From contig OZ024742.1 of NCBI GenBank assembly GCA_964016885.1, positions 45,446,001-45,510,000 on the forward strand: 64,000 nucleotides of DNA. Direction: 5' to 3'. Below, piece by piece: positions 28,141 through 40,700 of this stretch. Each line of letters starts with the position of its first letter. The stretch's first letter is position 1. The position numbers and the translations under genes are program-made. The DNA is from Eledone cirrhosa (Eukaryota). The notes under the pieces are model-generated. The model ran no database searches. It was not told where the DNA came from and was given only the letters and a program-made list of their open reading frames with translations.

Positions 28141-28880
28141 TTTAAACGATGATGATATATGTCTGTAACTCTTTAACAATTTACACAAGCATACACTGTT
28201 TCTTATCTCAGTCATATTGATACAAGTTCACTTTCCAGTCACAAGGTCCTGGGTTTTAAGCTTCCATTTGTCCCTGTAAATCGTTATTTCTCCGAAGTTA
28301 TTCACACACTTAATCCTGTAAGTCATTTGTACATATATTCTAAATATTAATGTAATTATATCGTAGAAATAAATATTTAAAATATCACTATCTTTAACCA
28401 CTTCCGTGTCACTAATCCACATGAACTATAGGGTTTCTCTTATGCAAACCTCTACTTTATCAAAACAAAAATTTCCCATGATTGTTAATATATCTAGTAA
28501 TCATGGTATATGGCTATTGACAGCATGGGACCGCTAGTTGGTAAATAATAAGTAAGAAAATATCGGCTTAGTCAGAACAATGACTCTATCAAACAATATA
28601 ATATTTTAGTTGGTGTATACTCAGAGTTGCTTCCCCTATTGATAATCTTTTACACGTATTTATACGTTAATTTGATTTTAATTGATAAAAAAATACTTAT
28701 TTGAATGAAATAAATTATAAAATTACACATATAGGTAGAGAAATTGGTTTGTTCCGGTTTCACGAAGTATATTTAGTTTCATTTTTTTTCGACCAATTGC
28801 ATTTGTCCTGTATATATTTTAGCCGACCTCTGCCAGTCAAGATATAAAGCGAAGGTTGGAAAACCTGCTTGTTCGCTCAG

Positions 28881-29105
28881 ATGGCTTCCATTACACGTGT
28901 TTCTCGCCTTATCTCCGTTTCCCTTCTACACAAATCTATTAACCCGGCTTTCATTGAGTCGTCGTCACGTTTGTTGTCATTGTCAGCTATAAATATGGAC
29001 AAATTTCTAATCAACGACGCTAAATATTCTTGGTTAAAAGACTTAGGACTCTCGGCCCATAATAATGGTGTTTATTTCGGCAAAGATTGGTGTGGAAGCG
29101 GCGAG
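28881..29105 (+). CDS. ALDH7A1: ALDH7A1 exon 1
   Basis: [10 protein letters not shown]...[40 protein letters not shown]|gtatga. Confidence 0.93.
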
Positions 29106-32100
29106 GTATGATTTCTTTTAAATAAATCTTTATCCAAAATTTGTCTGCTGCAGCAGAAAGGGCATTTTGTTGCATCAAACAAAAGACTCCCTTTTTTTCT
29201 CTTCACATTCATAATTTCGTGTAATATATTTTTCAGCTTTTGTTATGCATGAATAAATAATAAATACTTTATTCCGTAATATTAAATTATATTATATTAT
29301 CACAGTTTTACTGATAAGATAAACATTTAAATAAATATATGTAATTACATGCAAGTGCTTGCGTTTAATTTTTTAAATTATGTGTTACATGATAGTTATT
29401 GTCTTGTATAGAATCATTGTTCTTTTAAAAGAATAACAATATGTTATACAATTACTTGAGAGCAGTAAAAAAAAAAAAAATATATTTTTTTCTAATTCTT
29501 CAATTATTTACAGGATTATTTTAGTTTTAAATATTAAAGAAAAGAAGTCTTGTTTCAATAAAATTGGTCAGTATAAACGAGGAAACTAAGAAATAGTTTT
29601 GCAAATGGAAAAATACTAATGCTAAACATTTTTTAAAATAGAATTAATTTTCGGTAGTTAACATTTGATAATTTATTTAATTTGGTTTATTTTGGGTAAT
29701 TTCCATCCGTATTGTTTTGTCTTTTGCTTCAATTTTGACTTAAACAAAAACTTTTTGCAAATTTTGTTTAACCCTTTTAAGGGTAAATTGTGACATCAAC
29801 TAAATTTTAAAAACTGACAATTTTGGAATGGAAACAACATCAATAATTTAATAAAGAAAACTAGCAATGAGGCTAGACATAATATAGGAAATAAAATTGT
29901 TTCATTTTCTGATAATTTAATATATAATTGCAAATTGGGATTGTTTCGGGAACGTAACCTTATGCAAGAAGCTGTCTGATGAGGCACTGGGTACACAGAA
30001 TCGTGTGACCACTGTCGTCATTGAAATATGTATCACAGCCTTATCAATAAAGGACTTTAACATTTGAAACTACTTCCCATTTGCTTATTCTCTCTCTCTC
30101 TACACACACACACTCTCTCTCTCTCTCTCTAGCAGAGGTACCCGGCGTTGGAATGAAAGTTATGAGTAAAAGAAAGCAAAATATATAACAGAAATTAGTT
30201 GATGGGAGATTCTGCATGTGTACGCTTAAATGTAATTCTCAGGTGTGTACGTATATAGGTTGAGGTAAAGGACATTACCTCGTTATTATTTTCCTTCGTT
30301 GAATATTTAAAAGAATATTTGTTGTTGGTTAGATAAAATAGATAGTCATGCATGTGGAAAGCTCTGAAGTGAAGCAACATTAGTTAAGAGACAGTGGTAA
30401 GAATTTTGCGTAAAAAAAATAAGAAACGTAAATTATCATTGATATTAAAAATAACTCGATTATATTTATTCACAGTTGTATAAATATTACAAATTGTTTA
30501 TAATTCTTTACAGAATGAAAATATAAATAAATACAATTAATATACAAAGCATATAAATAAATTTACAGTAGAATAACATAAATATGTTTTAAATATATAC
30601 ATGAATAACACTACAAATGCTTAAATAACATTATAAATTGGTCGCGATTCTTTCAGAAGGATATATTCCTTTAATGTCGCAATATTAAAGAAAATATAAA
30701 GGAAGGGGTAAACATCAAGCCGACAGCAGCGTCGCGAGGAGTACCGGGCAACCAAGCGCCCATCGAGATTCGCCAGTTACCTCTATTAAGCGAGCCGTCA
30801 GTGAAGAGAGGAAACTAGCAGCCCCCCCCCCCCCCCGAAATCAAATCTTTGAATTTTTTAATTTTCAAAGGTATATTACTAACAACATAGTATGAGGTCA
30901 GCCAATTCGACTCTCGACGTGTATTGGAACTTTGAACCTGATTAATATTAAACTTCAAAGCAGCACTATGACTAAATTGCATTAGATATTAAAACCTTTA
31001 CTGCAAATTTCCACAACAATCTGTCCACCAATAAAAATATTATAAATATTTGAATCAACAAATTTACTTCTAGACATAAAGAGTTAATATATCTCAATAT
31101 GAAATCTGCTTATGTTCACATATCAACCCTCTTCATACTTTTTATTTCTTGATAATGCATTAATATATTCTTATCACAATAAACTTATACATATTCATGT
31201 CACAGCATTTTGTAATCTATCTATGCAATGATATTTGATCTATATTTCACTCCTGCTATTCCTCGTCATCTATTCTCTTCTAATTTCCCCACTTACATTG
31301 CCACATGTCCTTGATCTATAAAATAAACTGAACAAAAAAATAAATAAATAAATAAATAAAAGGCAATGGGTTTGAGATGCTAGAAATAAACAGCCAAATC
31401 TTCAAGCCTTTTGAAAACAAAAAAAAAAAGTCATTGGATATTTTCTTGTTACGTTCTAGCTAGAAACAAGGCTTGGATTGTCATAGTCAGAACATCTTTA
31501 ACATTTACAATACTATATATTTAATATTGTATTTTCATGGTAAAGGCTATAACTCACATAATTATCTTACATAATATTGAATCTGAGATTTTGATATTAT
31601 TTATTTTGATAACAATACCTTAACATAAGTATGAGCAGCCAGTTATGGCCGGTTTGAAAAGAAAGAAGTGAGAGAATTCTGGTCAGATATGGCCAGTTTA
31701 AATGCTAAAGGGTTAAATCTAGGTTGGCTTGTTCAGGATGATGTCCACTTGAAAACAAAAAGTAGCTTTTTAAACAAAATCTAATGAAGAATTTTTGTTT
31801 AATGTCAATAATAGGGCAGTGGATTGGCAGAATCATTAGGTCAGACAGATATCTTGTAGCATTTAGTATTAGCCACAGATCGAATTTATTTGACCTTGTA
31901 ACTGGCCACACATCAGATGAGGGCACTGGATTGGCAGTATTGGTAGAACATCGGACATGCTTTACAGCACATTATGGCCCTATACTTTCTGAGTTCAAAT
32001 CCTGCCGAGGTTAGCTTTGCCTTTCATCCTTACAGGGTTAAAATAAAGTACCAGTAATGCATTGGGGTTGATTTAATCAATTTTCCACTTTCCTTCAAAT

Positions 32101-35100
32101 TGCTGGCTTTGTACCAAATGTAGAAACAATTATCATTATCAGACAAATCAGTAAGGCAGCCTTTATGTTGATGTCTAATTTGCCAGAAATAGCAGCCAAA
32201 TCTCCTTCAAATCACACATCACTATCTTAGCAAAAAATACATTAAATATGAATGTTATTGATAGCATAGTATTTTCTTGTTGAAACCTACCAACATATCC
32301 AGTCATATTAATACATCTTATGGTAGCAGGAAACCTCCTAATTTATGTGAGGGTGGGGGACGACTATCTTTCTATTTGTCTCATTATTTCATCAGTTTTG
32401 TATGAATGCCTCACCATTACCCCTACTACCATCATCTCTACCACTATCACCACTACAGCCATCATCACTACCCTCATCATCTAGTTCTCCCAGCTGGAAT
32501 GGGTTGGTCACTGCACATCTTAAATGCCTCAACAGCCTAGCTCCGCACCACTACCCTCATCATCTAGTTCTCCCAGCTGGAATGGGTTGGTCACTGCACA
32601 TCTTAAATGCCTCAACAGCCTAGCTCCGCACCACTACTACTAAAGTTCTTTTTATTATCTCCCTTCTCCAGCTTCAGTATTCTCCCGAATCAACTCTGCA
32701 CAATATTTCTCCCTGCATGTATCATATATATATATATGTATATATTAGAGCATTGGCCTTGCAATCGAAAGGTTGTGAGTTCAATTCTCAGACCGGGTGA
32801 TCTGTTGTTTCCTTGAGCAAGAGACTTTATTTCACATTGCTCCAGTTTACTCAGCTGTAGAAATGAGACCACTGCAAAGTGGTCGTGGAGGTGCCACGGC
32901 AAAAAAGCACCCAGCACTCACTGTAAATGAGGTTGGTGTTAGGAAGGGCATCCAGCTGTAGAAATCAAGCCAGAATCAGTTCCCGTCCCACCCTTGCAAG
33001 CAGGGAAAAAGCGGACGTAAAATGAAATGATGATGATGATGATGATATCCCTAATATGAAGGATTGTTGGTTCACCCTTTAACATTTACACCTACCATAT
33101 CCAGCCAGGAGTCTCTCACTTCTGTCTGTTCAAACTGGCCATAACCGGCTGCTTATACCAATGTTGAAATATTGTTCTCAAAATACATATCATTAAAATC
33201 TCGTAGATTTGATATGTGAGATATTATGTGAAATCAAAAGGACTGATCCTGAAATTTACAACTCTTTCCTACAATCAGACCTGGACACAATGCAGCAATG
33301 GATCACAGACTGGCAACTGAAGCTGGCTGTGGACAAGTGTACCACCATGCATTTTGGAAGGAAAAATCCAGTGTCCACATACTCCCTCCACAACACTGAT
33401 ATCAAGAAGTCCTCTTGTGAACGTGACCTGGGCATTACTGTCAGCAGCGATTTGCATTGGACAAAGCATGTCTCTAAGATTGTCAAGAAGGCCGAGGGTG
33501 TCTTGGCATCACTCAGCAAGACCTTTGTTAGCCGCTCTCCAGCCATCTATTTAAAACTGTATACAGCTATGGTACGACCACACTTGGATTTCGCATCATC
33601 AGTCTGGAACCCCTATCTTGCTCAGAACATTGACCTCCTGGAAACTGTTCAGAGACGTGCAACCAAGCGCATACCCTCCATCAGACACCTACCATACTCT
33701 GAACGATTTGCTTCCCTGGGCATGGATTCATTGAAGCTCCGACGTCTGGCAATGGACTTGGTGAATACCCACAAAGTTATTAACCATCTCGCCAATTGCA
33801 AACCTGAGCACCTTTTTGATCTCCATGTGTTTAACACACGTGGACATGCCTACAAAATCAGAAAACAGCACAGCTCCCATGACTTTCGTAGACATTTTTT
33901 CACGCTCAGAGTTGCTGAAGCATGGAACAAACTGCCTGCGTCAGTTGTTAGCTGCCGAGACACTGCATCCTTTAAGACACTCATGCTTCCCGAAATACAC
34001 CAAAACTACACCTGATGTACCCCTTCCATACACATGCCCACGTGTGTATCATGACTCGTGCACTGTTCATTTTACTGATGTTTGTGCATTGCCCTATGTA
34101 CTGTACATGCACTTTTTTGATGAGTTGTGGTGCACCTGGGCACTGTACACAATATTTCATTATTATTATTATTATTATTGTCATACCAAAAGATTGGTGC
34201 AGTAGCATCATTGTCAACTGCTACAAAGGTAAAGGCGATGCACTAGATAGAGGAAACTATAAAGGTATAAAGTTGATGGACCAGGTCATGAAAGTAACAG
34301 AAAGAGTTATAGCACAGTTGATTAGGGGCCGGGTGAAAATAGACGAGATGCAATTTGGGTTTGTACCAGGAAGAGGCACCACTGATGCCCTCTTCCTTGT
34401 GAGGCAGTTACAGGAAAAGTACCTAGCTAAAAGTAAGCCACTCTACTTGGCATTTGTCGACCTTGAGAAAGCCTTTGACAGAGTTCCATGTGCTGTAATC
34501 TGGTGGGCTCTTAGAAAACTAGGAGTAGATGAATGGCTTGTGAAAGCGGTACAAGCCATGTATAGGGGAGCAGTCAGCAAAGTTAGGATTAGCAATGAGT
34601 ATAGCGAGGAATTTAGCATACAGGTTGGTGTCCACCAGGGCTCTGTTCTTAGCCCCCTCCTGTTCATCATAGTCCTGCAGGCAATAACGGAGGAGTTTAA
34701 GACCGGATGCCCATGGGAACTCCTGTATGCTGATGACCTCGCATTCATAGTTGAATCTATGGTAGAACTAGAGAATAGATTCCAAACTTGGAAGCAGGGA
34801 CTAGAAAGAAAGGGTCTCAAAGTCAACATGACAAAGACTAAGGTCCTTGTAAGTAGACGAGAAAACAGAACCCAGATCCCCTCAGGGAAATGGCCTTGCT
34901 CAGTATGTAGGAAAGGTGTAGGTAGGAACTCCATTCTCTGCCCCAAATGCAAACAATGGGTACACAAGAGATGTAGCGGGATCTCAGGAAGCTTAATTAA
35001 GAATGTAGGCTTCACATGCAGCAGCTGTGCTGGGACAGCAAGCAGCAAACAGCCACAGGAAACAAGTACCACCAATCTCTGGGAGGGCTCTGTAGAAACA

Positions 35101-37653
35101 GTAGACAGCTTCTGCTACCTAGGTGACCGAATTAGCAGCGGAGGTGGGTGTTCAGAAAGTACAATAACTAGGGTAAGAACGGAATGGAAGAAGTTTAGGG
35201 AACTACTACCACTGCTAGCTGCAAAAGGCTTCTCCCTCAGAATGAAAGGCAGACTGTATGATGCGTGTATCCGAACAGCAATGTTGCATGGTAGTGAGAC
35301 CTGGGTGCTGAAGGTGGAAGACTTACGTAGATTAGAAACGAAGCCTGCATGCTCCGATGGATGTGTAACAGTAATATACGTGAACGACAAAGCATAAATG
35401 ATTTGAGGGAGAGACTGAGCATAAGAGGAATCAATGGTGTGTGCAGGAGAGACGGTTGCGCTGGTATGGATATGTGATGCGTATGAAGGATGACAGCTGC
35501 ATAAAAAGGTGCAGAGCACTAGAAGTCGATGGAAACCGCGGAGTGGGGAGACCCAAGATGACCTGGGATGAGGTGATAAAAGCCGACCTTACCCAATTAC
35601 ACCTCTCAAAGGCAATGCCACACGACCGTGACCTCTGGCGTCGTGCAGTAATACAGAGTACCCGACCTCCCATGGGTACAAGCTGAAGCCTATAGACAAT
35701 ATGCCCCTCACCGCAAGATGGTCGTGGAGGTGCCACGGCAAAAAAGCACCCAGCCCACACTGTAAAGTGAACGTGTAGGCGCACTCACTGTAAATGAGGT
35801 TGGTGTTAGGAAGGGCATCCAGCTGTAGAAATCAAGCCAAATCAGTTCCTGTATGAGCAAGGCATGGTCAGCCGACCAGACACTGCCCACAACAGAACAA
35901 CCCGTCTAACCCATGCTAGCATGGAAGAACGGACGTAAAACGATGATGATGATGATTATTATATCATGACTCATACACTGTTCATTTTCCTGACATTTGT
36001 ACATTATTCTATCTACTATACATGCACCTTTGATGAGTTGTAGTGCACTTGAGCACTGTACACAATAATTTCATTATTATTATTATTAAAAGTTTTTCCT
36101 GACGTTTGTGCATTACCCTATGTACTATACATACACTTTTTGATTAGTTGTAGTGAACCTGAGCACTGTACACAATATTTCATTATTATTATTATATTAT
36201 ATAAAGCCTTTACCACAAAAATACAATAGTAATGTAAATGGTTAAATCAAGTTTACTTATTTAAACTGAACATTATTTCTAAATTTCTTATTCCAGGTTG
36301 TGACTTCCATGTGTCCAGCCAATAACTTACCTATTGCTCAAGTAACACAGGTATGTTTACCATATTTTCATATATCCAGGTATAGTTTATATATTTGTAA
36401 ATTGATTTAGATGTAAGTATATATGTTTATATAAGCAGTGAATTAACAATGTTGGAATTAAGAATGTTGGATAGAATGCTTTATGGTATTTGTTTCGACT
36501 TTCTGAGTTTAAATTCTGCCGAGGTCAACTTTGCCTTTCACCCTTTCAAGGTCGATAAAAAAGTACCAGTCTAGTACTGAGGTCGATTCCCCCCCCCCCC
36601 CCCCTCTATATCTCTTTCTCATTTCCGCTTTTTCACTTTCTATCTTTCTCTGGAAGAAATCTGCTGTACTCGGGCTTGAAGAATGATGGGCTCCGCCAAG
36701 CTTGAAATGCCCAAGAAATGCCATATTTCAATATGGCACCCTTACAACTTTATCAGGAGTTACGGGACCATATGTACATACATATATGTTTATGATATAG
36801 TTCTTTTGAAGTTGAATTTTACATGCTTGCTCTTTTGTCACACATTTTCCTGTTATTTCCTTCACATTTTCTGATTTTTTTTTACATGACTTTTTGAAAG
36901 TTCTGACATTTTGAATTGGAGCTCATTATTGTTAAATGAAAGGTCAAGAAGACTGTGTCTAAGACATGACAACTTCTGTAGTACTGATGCTATGATAAAA
37001 TGCACACAGTAAAGTGCAGGAATATATGTAGGGTCCATGGCACACCTGGAGGTCAGTGGCTCTCTTTAAGTACTGACTAGTCTGTGGCAACACGTTTATC
37101 CCTTGCTAACAGGGAGAACAGATGATAAATGATGATGATGATATCCTTTGCAGAATTGCCATCATAAATAGCTTTTCATAATCTGACTAGGAAGTCTTTG
37201 TGTGGTTGGCTCACCTACTAGAAACAACAGCTTGATTTCCCTCAAATCAATCATGACCTACTGTCTTAAAAAGGATGTACACATTGACTGATGTAGTCTG
37301 AAATACTCTACTTGAAAAGGAAATAGACAGGAACATTTCCCTCACTTTAAGGTAGTAGCTAAGTGTCAACTATGTAAATAATTCAATCATGCCAGATCAG
37401 GTTCTGAAATTTTGAGGCATTCATTTCTCTATACTAAAATATTTATTTTCTGTAAGTTCCTAGAGGACCAAGAACCTAATGAGCAATTGTAAAGGATCTT
37501 ATTTTATTAACCTTTATCAATTTTTTAATTTTTTTTAGGGTAACGAGACTGATTACCAACATGCTATTGCAGCGACGAAAGAGGCTTGGAATGTTTGGGT
37601 AGAGGTAAGACATACATGCACGTGCACATACATATAAATACACACGTACAAAT

Positions 37654-37736
<83 letters not shown>

Positions 37737-40700
37737 GGCACCTGCATGCATACATACACATGCACAACACAGGGAGGCGCTGTGGCCTAAGGGGGAGATA
37801 GAGATGATATGATAGCATATTAAATATCAAATGATACATATTATATATAAATATATTAAAATAAAAAATGTAATATTTATTTATATATAGTATATTTACA
37901 ATTTAAATGTAGGCAGATCTCTCTGGAAATAGGGTTGGGGGGCACTGAGGGTTTTACATGGCCGTAAGGGGGGTAGTGACCCCAAATGTTTGAGAACCTC
38001 TGCTTTATGATATAGTAGTGTTGGGTTCAGGTCTCCAGTTGCAAGATGTGAACAATTGCAACGCATCATTAGATTAGTTAGAGAAATGGCTCTGTCTGCA
38101 GTGTAAATGGTTTAACCCTTTAGTATTTACATTACTCTATATTTCCTATTGTATTCTCACAGTAAACACTTTATCTCACATAATATCAAAATCTTGTAGA
38201 TTTTGATATTATTTATTTTGAGAACAATACTTTAATATAAGTATGAGCAGCTAATTACAGCTGGTTTGAACAGAAAGAGGTGATAGAATTCTGGCTGGCT
38301 ATGGCTGGTTTAAATACTAAAGGGTTAAATTAGAAGAGAAGAGAAAATTATTATAATAAAATATCTATTAAAAAAAACTTACAATGAATATATCTTTTGT
38401 TTGTTTATTAGATGCCTGGGCCACAAAGAGGTGAGATAGTAAGGCAGATTGGTGAGGCTCTGAGACATAAAAAAAATCTCCTTGGAAAACTGGTAAGTTT
38501 GTCTTGTTAAATTATTTTAATTAATTTCAATGTAGTTCATTAAATGATTATTGGGAAAATAATGTTCTGATTTGAATTGGATAAAATTTCATTATTTTTA
38601 TATTCCAGGAGTCTTTAGAAATGGGAAAAATCTTGCCTGAAGGTGAAGGAGAAGTGCAGGAATTCATAGATATTGCTGATTATGCTGTAGGATTGTCTAG
38701 GATGTTTGCAGGGCATATTTTCCCATCAGAACGTAAGTTAACTAATTTCAGAGATCTCCACTTCTACCTCCACACAAAAGTATTGAAGTATCATTATCTT
38801 TTCACTATTTTATGTCTATCCTTCTATGTTTGCATGGGTTGGCTCTAGTACAGCTTTCCTCCACTTATTGCAATATTTCATCATCTCTTTTGTAAAGTTC
38901 AGCGATTTCTTTTCTGGGGAAAAGACTTAATATTTACAACCATCTGTCTCTCATTTTCTAACATGTATGAAGTTTTGCATGTTTGCATTCTGTCCAATTC
39001 ACTGCCTTAGTCATAGTTATACTAACCTGAAAAACAATAACCCAGGATAGGGATAGGGAGAACATCTTTAATCATATGCTTGCTCAGTCAGGTTTGACCT
39101 TGAACCAAACAACTTTATTCCGTTACTTTTCACAGTAGTTTCTAGCATTTAAAGCGGTCATATTCGGCCAGAATTCTCTTACCTCTTTATGTTAAAGTAT
39201 TGTTCTTGAAATAAATATCAAAATCTCATATATTCGATATGCGAGATAAAGCATTTACCTTGAAAATATAATAGTAAATATAGAGTAATGTAAATGCTAA
39301 AGGGTTAAACATTTTGAAGATATTTTTACCTATGGACAGAATACTAGTCCATAAGATAATTTGATATTAGCTCTACTCGCAATATTTACAAAACATTTCC
39401 CAGTACATATACAAGTAACTAAAAAACATTGATGCAAGAAAGGTCATCCTGCTGTAAAACATGCCTCAAAATGTCCCATGCCAATATGGAACAAAGATGA
39501 TACACATTTGATATATCGGTTAAATGTAAAGGTTGTACAAGATTGCTTTTTCTTAAAGGATTTATATTAATTAGATCAGTTATTTTTCACCTATTTCTCT
39601 TTACATTCATACTATCTCACATTGAAACCTCAAGTACATTTGGTATTAAACATGTGTAATACTAATATAATACTAGGGGTGTATATGGAATCATTGCCAA
39701 TTGATATAATACAGCTTGATTCAGGTATTTGATTTTTTACTGATTATCATTTCACTCCTCTCATATATTACAGATCTTACTCATCAGTTCTCTTTCTTCC
39801 TAGCTTATAATGTCTGTGTGTATATGTATGTATGTGTGTGTGTGAGTGTGTTATAACTATTTTCTTTTCTTGAACTCCTGCCCAAACTGTTTTCTTGTAT
39901 TATTTTACAACAGGTAAAGGTCACATGTTACTAGAACAGTGGAATCCTGTTGGAACTGTTGGTATTATCACTGCTTTCAACTTTCCTGTGGCTGTCTATG
40001 GTTGGAATGCTTGTATTGCTATGGTAACTGGCAACACTTTATTATGGTAAGATATTTTTTTCTAGCAAACAAGACTAGGATTGTTTACTGAACATGTGAT
40101 GTATTATGGAGGACGATTGTTGGTTGAAGTGCCAGATTTGTTGATTAAGAATTAACAACTTTATTTCCTAGTAAAGTCACAACAATCTATCCACTAGTAA
40201 AGTCACTGTAAATATTTGATATAACAAACCTGTTTTTAGATATTTTCTGCTAAATTAAGAGCTGTGCCATTGATAAAGATAAAGAACAGTGCTAGAGGTT
40301 TTTAGTTATGATCTTCAATTTTATTGTTTAAGTTCTTCACTTGAGATCAGTGTAGGATCAATTTTATTTTTATTGCTTCAAAACCTGAAATAATCAAGGA
40401 TCAGTGAAATTGTCAAGAATGCCGAGGGTGTCTTGGCATCACTCAGCAAAAGTTGCTGAAGCATGGAACAAACTACCTGCATCAGTTGTTAGCTGTTGAG
40501 ACACTGCATCCTTTAAAACCTCCATGCTTCCTGAAATTCGCCAACACTACACCTGATATCCTCCCTCCTTACACACACACACACACATGTATATCATGAC
40601 TCATACACTGTTCACTTTCTTGACATTTGTACATTATTCTGTGTACTATACATGCACCTTTGATGAGTTGTAGTGCACCTGAGCACTGTACACAATGATT

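Noticed and set aside
34015-35397. 460-aa ORF as a novel fusion RT
   Set aside because: The N-terminus is CR1 3' UTR and (TTA)n tail read by chance into a truncated RTE-B.
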